Shown here: positions 25,402 through 33,620 of the stretch, piece after piece | Position numbering within the stretch: position 1 is the stretch's first letter | Layout of the letters: each line of letters begins with the position of its first letter | Assembly (NCBI GenBank): GCA_964424855.1 | Contig: CAYRKS010000001.1 | Coordinates: forward strand, 1 to 44,963 | DNA length: 44,963 nucleotides | Direction of reading: 5' to 3' | DNA from: an uncultured Lachnospiraceae bacterium | GTDB lineage: Bacteria; Bacillota; Clostridia; Oscillospirales; CAG-272 | Made by a program: the position numbers and the translations under genes | The notes under the pieces: model-generated | What the model was told of the DNA's origin: nothing | What the model saw: the letters and a program-made list of their open reading frames with translations, nothing else | Databases searched by the model: none

Positions 25402-26874
25402 ATGGATTTCAAAAGAATCACTCCGGAGGCGGGGGGAATACCATCGAGTGCTGTCGAGAGCTATCTGAAAATGCTCGATGAAGCGGGGCTTTCGACCCAT
25501 GAGATAATAATCTCGCGCGGAGACAGCATTCTGTTCGAAAAATATTATCCGCCGTTCACAAAGGATTTTCTGCACCGTGAATATTCGCAGACAAAGAGCC
25601 TTGTGGCGATAGCGGTCGGCTTTGCGTTGGGAGACGGTCTGCTTTCGCTTGACGACAAGATCGGAAGGTTTTTTCCCGAGGAGACAAGAGACATTCCCGA
25701 TCCGAGGATGGCGGAGCAGACGGTTCGTCAGATGCTGATGATGAGTACGCCGAAGTCCGGTCGATACTGGTTCACCGAGCGTTCGGATGACCGAGTGAGA
25801 AATTATTTTGAAGCAACGAAAGTCTCCGCGCCGCTCGGCAGTCGCTTTCAGTATGACAGCACCGGCTCGTTTATTCTCTGCGCGATGGTCGAGCGTTTGA
25901 CCGGAAAGAAATTCATCGAATATCTGCGTGAAAAGCTTTTTGACCGCATCGGCGTTTCGAAGGGGATAAAGTGTCTCGGGTGTCCGGGTGGGCATTCGTG
26001 GGGAGATTCGGCGGCTCTTGCGACCGCAGAGGATATGCTGAGACTCTGCCGCTTTATGCTTGACGGCGGAAAGGCGGACGGCGAGCAGCTGCTCGATCCG
26101 GGCTTTGCTGCGAAGGCGGTATCCGGTCTTATTTCGAATGAGAGCTACGATGAAGCCTCGAGCTACTGCACGCAGGGCTACGGCTATCTCATCTGGAAGC
26201 TTTACGGTGAGGGCTTCTTCTTCAACGGTATGGGCTGTCAGCTTTCGTTGGCGATACCCGAGAAGGACATGGTTTTCATTTACAACGGCGACAATCAGGG
26301 CATTAACACGGCGAAGGAGACGATCATCGACGGCTTTTACGATATCATAGTAAAAGCGGCGGGAGATGCGCTTCCCGAGGATGAGAAGGCTTTCACTTCT
26401 CTGAAGGAATATTCCGAAACGCTTAAGCTGATGGCGGCGCGTGGCGAGAAGCATTCGCGCATTGAAGCCGAGGTCGGCGATAAGGAATACACACTGCTTG
26501 AAAATCAGATGGGAATAAGCTCGATGAGGCTTAATTTCGGCGAGACGATAGAGCTTTCCTACAAAAACGCGCAAGGAGACAAGCTTTTGCGGCTCGGACG
26601 CTGTGAGAACGTATTCGGGCTTTTTCCCGAGGAGGGATATTCGCGTGAGATCGGTTCGATCTCCTGCCCGGGAAATTATTACCGCTCGGCAGGCTCGGCG
26701 GCATGGCAGGACGAGAACACATTGCTTATCGACGTTCAGGTGATCGACGAATATTTCGGACGGCTTTGGATAACGCTTCATTTCGAGGGGAACAGGCTTT
26801 TTGTTGACATGAAAAAGGTGGCGGAGGATTTCTTCACGACCTACAACGGCAAAGCCGAGGGCAGCGCGGAATAA
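25402..26874 (+). CDS. Serine hydrolase of the beta-lactamase/transpeptidase-like superfamily, with an extra C-terminal domain
   Basis: It has the SxxK motif in REYSQTKSLVAIAVG and class-C-like architecture. The long antisense ORF 25354..26886 is a shadow. Confidence 0.8.
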   Translation: MDFKRITPEAGGIPSSAVESYLKMLDEAGLSTHEIIISRGDSILFEKYYPPFTKDFLHREYSQTKSLVAIAVGFALGDGLLSLDDKIGRFFPEETRDIPDPRMAEQTVRQMLMMSTPKSGRYWFTERSDDRVRNYFEATKVSAPLGSRFQYDSTGSFILCAMVERLTGKKFIEYLREKLFDRIGVSKGIKCLGCPGGHSWGDSAALATAEDMLRLCRFMLDGGKADGEQLLDPGFAAKAVSGLISNESYDEASSYCTQGYGYLIWKLYGEGFFFNGMGCQLSLAIPEKDMVFIYNGDNQGINTAKETIIDGFYDIIVKAAGDALPEDEKAFTSLKEYSETLKLMAARGEKHSRIEAEVGDKEYTLLENQMGISSMRLNFGETIELSYKNAQGDKLLRLGRCENVFGLFPEEGYSREIGSISCPGNYYRSAGSAAWQDENTLLIDVQVIDEYFGRLWITLHFEGNRLFVDMKKVAEDFFTTYNGKAEGSAE

Positions 26875-26929
26875 AGCGGCGAACAAACGGATTTAAGCTC
26901 CGAAGGCTCGGAGCGGAAAGGAAGTATCG

Positions 26930-28126
26930 ATGAGTCTCTGGCTGGTAAAGGACGGCAGACAGTATATTTTAGACGGGAGCCTTCGCGAGCTTCCCGACGG
27001 GATACGCGAGGGTTATTCGAGGCGCGCCGCCGACGCACTCAGTCGGCGCGAATGGAAGACCACCGGTGAAGGTGCGAAATTTACGGGCGCATACGATCCG
27101 GGCGATGCCTCGGGACGTGTTGTGATGAGCTCGGCGGTCTGCGGCTTTGCCGAGTATGATGGAGCGGTATATTTTTCCGAGCGAATAAATGAGCTCGGAG
27201 GTATATACAAAAAGCTCGCCCCCGACGATCGGTCGGAGGCGATAGCCGTCAGCTCGAATGACAGGAGCTACGGCGGGATAGATATTTTCGACGGACGCTT
27301 GGCGGCGGCGGTCTGTCGCGGCGCGGAGGCGCACATAGCGGTGAGCGAGCTGCCATCATTTGATATGTCAGCCGTTACCGAGGGCAACACGATCGAAGCC
27401 GATCCGGTATGGTCGAGGGTCGAGCCGCGCGTATTATACTTTTCGAGTGCGGGACTTCCGGAAGGGAGCGAACTTGAGGAGGCACCGATGCGGATGATGA
27501 CTCCGGCAGATGTTATAAATCTAATGGGGCAGTCGGCTTCGGTCGAAAAGGGTCCCTCGTCGATCTGCCGACTTTCGCTCGACAGCGGCGAATTCACGAC
27601 TCTTCTCGAGGAGGACGGCTTCGACTTTATACGTCCGCTTGCGACCTCGGACGGAAGTCTTTATTACATAAAGCGTCCGTATCAGAGCAGTGAACGATCG
27701 CAGAAGGGCTGTCTTTCGGACATACTGCTTTTCCCGGTTCGGATAGTCAAGGCTCTGTTCGGCTTTCTCAGCTTTTTCTCGATAAAATATTCCGGCTCGC
27801 CGCTTTCGAGCGGAGGCAGCAAGGCAAAGCAGCGGGATGAGCGTCAGCTTTTCATCGATGGCAATATGATCGATGCCGAGCGCGAGCTTAAGGCGAATCG
27901 GAATGATCCGAATCCCGGAGTGATACCTAAGAGCTGGGAGCTGAGAAGGCGACAGCCCGACGGTCGAGATGAGCTTATATGCGGCGGTGTGCGCTGCTAC
28001 ACGCTCGAGGAGGACGGCTGCGTCGTATATTCGAACGGAAAGCACATAATAAAGCTCACCGAGGGCGGCGCGAAGCGGCTTGCCGACGGTGAGGGAGTGA
28101 CGCTGATAAAGCGTCTCGGGATATAA
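26930..28126 (+). CDS. Hypothetical protein (beta-rich, with one internal hydrophobic segment)
   Basis: 398-aa ORF with the ATG 6 nt after AAAGGAAG, 55 nt downstream of the serine hydrolase. I recognise no family. The hydrophobic segment is ILLFPVRIVKALFGFLSFFSI. Confidence 0.6.
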   Translation: MSLWLVKDGRQYILDGSLRELPDGIREGYSRRAADALSRREWKTTGEGAKFTGAYDPGDASGRVVMSSAVCGFAEYDGAVYFSERINELGGIYKKLAPDDRSEAIAVSSNDRSYGGIDIFDGRLAAAVCRGAEAHIAVSELPSFDMSAVTEGNTIEADPVWSRVEPRVLYFSSAGLPEGSELEEAPMRMMTPADVINLMGQSASVEKGPSSICRLSLDSGEFTTLLEEDGFDFIRPLATSDGSLYYIKRPYQSSERSQKGCLSDILLFPVRIVKALFGFLSFFSIKYSGSPLSSGGSKAKQRDERQLFIDGNMIDAERELKANRNDPNPGVIPKSWELRRRQPDGRDELICGGVRCYTLEEDGCVVYSNGKHIIKLTEGGAKRLADGEGVTLIKRLGI

Positions 28127-28129
28127 AGC

Positions 28130-28375
28130 TCAGGACTTATAAAATTCACGATGATTATAATTTTTCATCATTTCGTTAAAGCTCTCGTACTGCTTTTCGT
28201 AATCCGCGAAAAGCTCGTCCGAGAGCTTTCCTTCGCCGTGAAGCTCGAGTGCGCGGGTATGGAGCTTTTCGCGCATGAGGTGAGCCTGATCCTTATAGTT
28301 GTTTTCGAGATACTGCTTGAGCTCGAAAATTATAGAGTCGAGCTCCTTTTCAGCGAGGGAACGGAATAATTTCAT
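28130..28375 (-). CDS. Small helical hypothetical protein
   Basis: 81-aa ORF that is charged and helical, located 24 nt downstream of the esterase gene on the same strand. AAAGGAG lies upstream at a slightly long spacing. Confidence 0.5.
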   Translation of the reverse strand: MKLFRSLAEKELDSIIFELKQYLENNYKDQAHLMREKLHTRALELHGEGKLSDELFADYEKQYESFNEMMKNYNHREFYKS

Positions 28376-28399
28376 TTGAATATTATCTCCTTTCGGGCG

Positions 28400-29404
28400 T
28401 TATTTCGAGATATCCGCAATGAGTCGGTCGATGGCTTCGTCAGAGCGGCAGAATTCGTGACCTCCTTCGAAGGGCTCGAAGTGCAGCCAAGCTGTTCCGA
28501 CCTTTTCGGTCAGCTCCTTGAGCCGTGCGTATTCCCTTTCCGCACCGCTGAAATCGAAGAGCGGGTCGTTTGTACCGACCTGTATGCAGAGTCGGCGGGG
28601 ATAGATGAGGCAGGCGATCTCGGCATCACCGAAGCGTTTGGCGGCATCTCTCCAGGTCCAGTCGCTCCAGGGGATCATTGAGCGGTCGTTGAAATAGGAG
28701 CAGGATATCGCGGACAATATTCTCGTATCGATGGCGGCGGTGAAGAGAGTATAAAAGCCGCCGTAGGAGAGTCCGACCATTCCGAAGCTTTTTACATAGC
28801 TCTGTGCTTCGAAATAGTCGATAATGCGTTTTATTCCGAATATTTCGAGAGCGGTTATCGAGCTGCCGAGACGTTTCAGTCTTGCATCGAGTCGGCAGCG
28901 GTCGAATTTTATCGGGTATGCTTTTTGATCCCAGAGCAAAAGCTGAGGTGCGAAGGTATTCACATCGTGAGCCGTGATCCGCTCGAGCATATCGTTATAG
29001 TTTGTCGTGCTTCCGTAAAAACCCGATATGAGCTCGGGAGTTCCGAGACCGCCGTGCTGAACGATGACCATCGGGCGCGGCTGATCATCTATTTTCTTGA
29101 AGAGCAGACCGGTCATCTTAAGTCCCGGAAGAAATTCGAAGGTCATTCGAACGACAGAGCGGTCGTTTATCTCGCCGAGGACATTGATCTCGGGCGTACA
29201 GAGGTCGGAGCATTTATATCCGACGAGCGGATATCCGAGCATTTTGCAGAGGTCCTTTCGAGCCTTTGAAGGGTCGGAGAATATGCTTTTGGCATATTCT
29301 CCGCGCTTTTTTTCATACCCGCTCTCGAGCTTTGCTATGAAGCTCTCTATGCCCTCGAGATAGCTTTGCTTGAATTTATCGGCGGCATTTTTTTCTTCTC
29401 TCAT
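28400..29404 (-). CDS. Alpha/beta hydrolase, acetyl-esterase-like (CE7-like motifs)
   Basis: The nucleophile elbow is GLSYGG and there is a C-terminal GGHEF motif. The ORF track starts at 29458, but I prefer ATG 29404 (MREEKNAADKF). Confidence 0.7.
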   Translation of the reverse strand: MREEKNAADKFKQSYLEGIESFIAKLESGYEKKRGEYAKSIFSDPSKARKDLCKMLGYPLVGYKCSDLCTPEINVLGEINDRSVVRMTFEFLPGLKMTGLLFKKIDDQPRPMVIVQHGGLGTPELISGFYGSTTNYNDMLERITAHDVNTFAPQLLLWDQKAYPIKFDRCRLDARLKRLGSSITALEIFGIKRIIDYFEAQSYVKSFGMVGLSYGGFYTLFTAAIDTRILSAISCSYFNDRSMIPWSDWTWRDAAKRFGDAEIACLIYPRRLCIQVGTNDPLFDFSGAEREYARLKELTEKVGTAWLHFEPFEGGHEFCRSDEAIDRLIADISK

Positions 29405-29504
29405 TGACACGCATCCTTTCGATCCGACAGAATTTATAATGATATCATTATAGCACATAGCAAAGAGAATGTCAAGCCGAAATCGAGCGAAAATGCCGTC
29501 GAGA

Positions 29505-30359
29505 TCAATTTATATCGTCACAGGCTTCGCCGTGATTTTCCTCGCGCACACTCGAAGCCTCCTTGGCGGCTTCGCTTTCGCGGGGCTCCGCAGCGGCAAA
29601 TTTCAGCTGCTTGCGGATTATCCCCGCCGTCGAGAGGATGAATTCCGAATTTGACGGACTGCTGTGTGAAAAGCTTACATCGTTGAATACCTTCAATATC
29701 TCCGAACGCTTTTTATCGTTTTTCCAGCAGCCCTTTACGAGCGTGCGTATTGCGCGCTCGACCGCGCCGGGCGAGGCGGCAAATCTTTTTGCGATCAGGA
29801 CATAGAGATTTTTCGTTATCATGCTTTCGAGTCTTTGATCGTTCACGACCTCACAAACCGCCTCGGTGAGATAGCCGAAGCCCTTAGTCCGCTCGGACAT
29901 TCCGAAGGATAGCAGAAGCTCCTTCACGGTGACTCTGACCTCATCGCAGTTTACGTTCATAAGGTGTATCTTTGCGGCGAAGAGTGCTAAAATGAAGCAG
30001 GCATCGACGATGCTTATTACTATCTCGGCTAAGTCGTAGGATGCCTCGAGATAATGGAAGCGGTCGTTTCCGACCAGCTCACTGCCGTGTTCGCTGCTTC
30101 GATCGACGATGAAGATGCAGAAGAAGGTACGGTGATCGAAATGCTCGGATAGCATTTGGCGCACGCCGTCCTCGCGGCTTCGAAGGTCGCAGACGATTAC
30201 CGAGGGCTTTTCCTCGAGTATTATCGAGCGGAGCTGTCTTTGCGAAGCGGCCTCGGTCATGTCGCCTGCAAAACCGATACAGCTGAGTCGGCTTTGAAGC
30301 TCATCCTTCAGAGAGGCTTCGGTTTCAAAAAGGATTATCCTTGTCGGTACGGTAAGCAT
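29505..30359 (-). CDS. Spo0A C-terminal (Spo0A_C) DNA-binding domain protein with a degenerate receiver-like N-domain
   Basis: KGFGYLTEAVCEVVNDQRLESMITKNLYVLIAKRFAASPGAVERAIRTLVKGCW aligns with Spo0A [42 protein letters not shown]. In the N-domain a candidate phospho-Asp is kept (VIVCDL), but the acidic DD pocket (here FETE) and the K-P motif are missing. Confidence 0.8.
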   Translation of the reverse strand: MLTVPTRIILFETEASLKDELQSRLSCIGFAGDMTEAASQRQLRSIILEEKPSVIVCDLRSREDGVRQMLSEHFDHRTFFCIFIVDRSSEHGSELVGNDRFHYLEASYDLAEIVISIVDACFILALFAAKIHLMNVNCDEVRVTVKELLLSFGMSERTKGFGYLTEAVCEVVNDQRLESMITKNLYVLIAKRFAASPGAVERAIRTLVKGCWKNDKKRSEILKVFNDVSFSHSSPSNSEFILSTAGIIRKQLKFAAAEPRESEAAKEASSVREENHGEACDDIN

Positions 30360-30423
30360 ATTTTCCCCCTATAGTCTTACATATTCAGCTAAGTGCGCCG
30401 TGCGCGAGCTTATCTGTAGCTAT

Positions 30424-30452
30424 ATTATAGTATATTTTGACGAAAAAATCAA
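30424..30452 (-). promoter_or_regulatory. Sigma-A type promoter of the Spo0A-like gene, with a 0A-box-like heptamer in the spacer
   Basis: On the minus strand: TTGATT - 17 nt - TATAAT. TGACGAA (30438-30444, + strand) matches the TGNCGAA 0A-box consensus. Confidence 0.6.
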
Positions 30453-30731
30453 TACCAAAAGTTTACTATTTTTGATCCGAAATTCAATTTTCCTTTACAG
30501 AAAAAATAAACAAAGACATGAGCTGTGAGCAGAGATTTTGAAAAAACGGGCGAATAGATATTTATTACCAACTGTTTTTCTTATATTAAATGCTATTATA
30601 TAGTGAAATATCACCAAGCAAGGATCGATTGCAAAGGATTGCAACGAAAAAGTTCGTTAAATATTATACCGCCTTATAATAGAAATATCGGTAAAAATCT
30701 ATTAAAAACAGAATTATTATAAAATCCCCTC

Positions 30732-30760
30732 TTGACTATAGGTGAAATGAGGTGTATAAT
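30732..30760 (+). promoter_or_regulatory. Sigma-A type promoter of the tandem XRE genes
   Basis: TTGACT - 17 nt - TATAAT, 74 nt upstream of the ATG at 30834. Confidence 0.7.
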
Positions 30761-30833
30761 ATAATTACCGAGAGACTTTAGTGGTCAAATCGCACAAAAT
30801 GATCTCAAGGACAGATCAACAGGGGGTGTTTCA

Positions 30834-31373
30834 ATGTATGATACCTATCGTACAGAGGCTTTTTGCAGCCGTTTAAGGAGGCTCAGGAGGGGTGTAGGAC
30901 TGACTCAAAGAGAGCTTGCCGAGCGGCTCGGGATATCTGACAAGAGCTATTCAAAATGGGAGAGGGGTGAGAGCAATATTGGGTTAAGCTCGATATTCCG
31001 GCTTGCGGATGAGCTCGGTACAGAGCCGTCGGAGCTTTTTTCGGATAAAATTGATATCGCGGAGCCGCATTTTGAGCTTGCTGCTGCGGCGGAATTATTT
31101 TCGCTGCTCGGAGATTGCAGGCTTCTCGAGCTGATCTCTAAGCTTTACAGGCTCGGAAGGGACGAGGAGCTTACCGCCGATCATGCGGCGAAGCTGCTCG
31201 GTGTCGAGTCTTCCGAGATCGAGGAGCTTTTTGAAAGGGCTGTGCGGATGAAAATTTTCGGATGCCGCGAGGTATGTCTCGGCGGGAAAAGAGTCGGGCT
31301 TTATCGGCTGATTTACGATGAGCGGCTTTTTCTGCTGCTGAGGCTTGTCGATGTGCGGAGCTTAGGGGAGTGA
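30834..31373 (+). CDS. XRE-family HTH regulator with a C-terminal winged-helix-like domain
   Basis: The N-terminus LRRLRRGVGLTQRELAERLGISDKSYSKWERGES is a Cro/C1-type HTH. The C-terminal ~90 aa look like a helix-turn-helix plus beta-wing (LTADHAAKLLGVESSEIEELFERAVRMKIF...GKRVGLYRL). Confidence 0.8.
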   Translation: MYDTYRTEAFCSRLRRLRRGVGLTQRELAERLGISDKSYSKWERGESNIGLSSIFRLADELGTEPSELFSDKIDIAEPHFELAAAAELFSLLGDCRLLELISKLYRLGRDEELTADHAAKLLGVESSEIEELFERAVRMKIFGCREVCLGGKRVGLYRLIYDERLFLLLRLVDVRSLGE

Positions 31374-31384
31374 GGGGGATAAAA

Positions 31385-32161
31385 ATGCTTTCGGAGAATT
31401 TAAGACGCTTGCGTACCGAGATGAGAATGACGCAGGAGCAGCTATCGGAGGAGCTTGGGGTTTCGCCGCAAACCATATCGAAATGGGAGCGCGGAAGTGC
31501 GATGCCCGAGGTCTCTATGCTTATTAAGCTCTCATCGGTGCTGAAAAGCTCGCCGAATGAGCTTTTGGGCTATGAAGTAATTGAGGCTTCGGAGCTGTCG
31601 AAAAGCATAGCGCGGCAGCTTGAGAGCTGTCCGAGGGGAGAGCGGCTGACACTGCTCGATCGGCTGATAAAGCAAAGTCTCGGCAGGGGCTTCGAGGCGA
31701 ATGACGAGGGGTTATTAAGGCTTGAGGCTGAGGACGGGCTTGCGATAAGTCTCATGGGCTATGAGCCGGAGCTTTTTATGCTGCTTTTGAGACCCGAAAA
31801 CGGCTTTGGCTCGGTGCTTCGCGCCGATGAGGAATATCGCCGCTTTTTCGAGATACTGTCGGAGCGCGAGGTGCTGGATGCGGTATTTGTGCTTTTCGGT
31901 TTAAATGACGGCTTCACGTTTGATGATGAATATGCCGCCGAGCTTTTCGGAAGGGATTTCAAGCGGATATTTGCAAGGCTCGAGGCTCTGCGGTTGATCA
32001 CATCGACCGCTTCGCGGATAAATTCGAAAACCGTTCGGCTTTGGCAGATCCATGCGAGGAGTGAATTTATTGCGCTTTTTGTTCTTTTGAATGCGATGAT
32101 ATTTAAGGACTTCCGACTCGAAAGAACGGAAAGTGCGCGAAAAACGGCATATTTAATATAA
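31385..32161 (+). CDS. XRE-family HTH regulator with a larger C-terminal winged-helix-like domain
   Basis: The ATG at 31385 lies 6 nt after GAGGGGG (the ORF track starts at 31370). The N-terminus LRRLRTEMRMTQEQLSEELGVSPQTISKWERGSA is an XRE HTH. The C-terminus is FTFDDEYAAELFGRDFKRIFARLEALRLI..SKTVRLWQI. Confidence 0.8.
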   Translation: MLSENLRRLRTEMRMTQEQLSEELGVSPQTISKWERGSAMPEVSMLIKLSSVLKSSPNELLGYEVIEASELSKSIARQLESCPRGERLTLLDRLIKQSLGRGFEANDEGLLRLEAEDGLAISLMGYEPELFMLLLRPENGFGSVLRADEEYRRFFEILSEREVLDAVFVLFGLNDGFTFDDEYAAELFGRDFKRIFARLEALRLITSTASRINSKTVRLWQIHARSEFIALFVLLNAMIFKDFRLERTESARKTAYLI

Positions 32162-32187
32162 TGCTTGAACGCTGATAAGCTTCGAAA

Positions 32188-32220
32188 AAAGGCAGACCCG
32201 CATTTTACGAGTCTGCCTTT
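32188..32220. terminator. Bidirectional terminator between the XRE operon and the dac operon
   Basis: 10-bp stem aaaggcagac / gtctgccttt flanked by an A6 tract upstream. This gives a U-tract on the minus strand (strong) and UUU on the plus strand. Confidence 0.75.
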
Positions 32221-32240
32221 GGCGTTATACTTTTGATATA

Positions 32241-33620
32241 TCAGCGGCGTTTTTGCCGATTTGCGCTGCTTTGCGGTTTGATGGGCTGCTTGCGCCTTTG
32301 CTGTCTTTGAAGCTGCTTTTGTCTTCGGTTCCATATCCAGAAAGCCGCGGCGAAATAGGCTATTACGCAGAGGATCAGGACAACGACGATTACCTTGAAG
32401 GCGGAGGTCTCGAAGATCATGCCTACGAGGTCGATTATGTAGAGAAAATTATTTCGATCGACGCTGTTTCGGGTGATGAGCTCATAATGACCGACGAAGC
32501 TGTCTCCGCGGTCGGGGTCTTCGAAGGAGACGGTGAGCCTTCCTCCTACCGCGCCCTCGCTGACCGGAGCGGTGAAGGTATCGGTGGTAAGCTCCCACGA
32601 TATTTTGACATCGGTCTCGACATTTACATCGACCGGGAGGTAGAGCTCGATAAGCTCGGAGGGGAAAAGCGAGACATAATCGACCTTGCTTGCGAGCTTT
32701 ACTGGCACCTCGCAGATCATATCCGAGGTCGAGAGAACGGTCTTATAGCCGTATGCCTTCAAAGCCCATTTTACGAGCTTTGCCGCCTCGGTATAGGAGT
32801 AGATATAGGTATCGTCCTCTGAGCCCCCCATGACCGTGACCACATAGGTGAGACCGTCCTTTGAGGCGGTGGTGGCGACGCAGTAGCCGCCCTCCTTTGT
32901 GAAGCCGGCGTTGAGTCCGCGCGGGACGGACCAGATGTATTTATACTCCATATTTGTCGCGAAATAGTAGTTTTTGTTATATATCGTTCGCGACTTTGAT
33001 TTGTTGGTCGCCTCGAGGACATATTTTTCCGCCGAGGACACCTCGCAGATGAACTCGGAATGTGCGGCATAGGCGGCGATGATCGCGGTATCCTTTGCTG
33101 TCGTGACCATTGCGGGGTGATGGATGCCCGAGACGTTCATGTATTTTGTGTTGACCGCACCGAGCTCCTGAGCCTTATCGTTCATTTTTTTTACGAACTC
33201 ATCTATCGAGCCGGATATCTCATAGGCAAGGACATTTGCGACATCATTTGCTCCGCCGCAGATCAGTGCATACAGTAGCTCGCGAACGGTCAAGACCTCG
33301 TCGCGCTTCAGACCGATATTATTTCCCTGAACATTGAGTATCGCTTCGACCGGAACGGTTATTTTACGGTCGAGGTCGCTTCCGAGAGCTTCAACGGCGA
33401 GGATCGCGACCATGAGCTTTACGGTCGAGGTCGGGTAGACCTGCTTTTCTTCATTAAGACCGTATATGAAGCGGTTTTCCTCGACGCAGTAGACACTTGC
33501 CGAGGTGATGTTCAGAAGCTCGGGCGGATCGTAGGACTCCTCCTCATCCTCTGCGGCGATCGGGACGATCAGGCAGAAAAGCGTCAGGAGAGCCAAAATA
33601 AGCGATAATATCCTTTTCAT
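32241..33620 (-). CDS. D-alanyl-D-alanine carboxypeptidase (peptidase S11, low-MW PBP) with a C-terminal membrane anchor
   Basis: It has a signal peptide, the SxxK motif in YPTSTVKLM, a PBP5-like C-domain, a terminal TM helix and a basic tail. Its start overlaps the ribF stop by 4 nt. Confidence 0.88.
   Translation of the reverse strand: MKRILSLILALLTLFCLIVPIAAEDEEESYDPPELLNITSASVYCVEENRFIYGLNEEKQVYPTSTVKLMVAILAVEALGSDLDRKITVPVEAILNVQGNNIGLKRDEVLTVRELLYALICGGANDVANVLAYEISGSIDEFVKKMNDKAQELGAVNTKYMNVSGIHHPAMVTTAKDTAIIAAYAAHSEFICEVSSAEKYVLEATNKSKSRTIYNKNYYFATNMEYKYIWSVPRGLNAGFTKEGGYCVATTASKDGLTYVVTVMGGSEDDTYIYSYTEAAKLVKWALKAYGYKTVLSTSDMICEVPVKLASKVDYVSLFPSELIELYLPVDVNVETDVKISWELTTDTFTAPVSEGAVGGRLTVSFEDPDRGDSFVGHYELITRNSVDRNNFLYIIDLVGMIFETSAFKVIVVVLILCVIAYFAAAFWIWNRRQKQLQRQQRRKQPIKPQSSANRQKRR

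Noticed and set aside
23965-26874. MATE pump plus beta-lactamase-fold gene as an antibiotic-resistance island
   Set aside because: Both families are generic and mostly housekeeping or unknown in function in Clostridia. There are no mobility genes, no compositional shift and no resistance-specific motifs I could verify.
25354-26886. 510-aa ORF on the minus strand
   Set aside because: It is a mirror-image shadow of the serine hydrolase gene (25402..26874), which has the SxxK motif and a proper RBS. The antisense product is Arg-rich nonsense.
30360-30833. The AT-rich intergenic region as a mobile-element scar, an integration site or a small-RNA gene
   Set aside because: I saw no terminal inverted repeats, no flanking direct repeats, no integrase or transposase nearby, and no terminator hairpin that would define an sRNA. 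Only promoter and operator-like elements can be supported.
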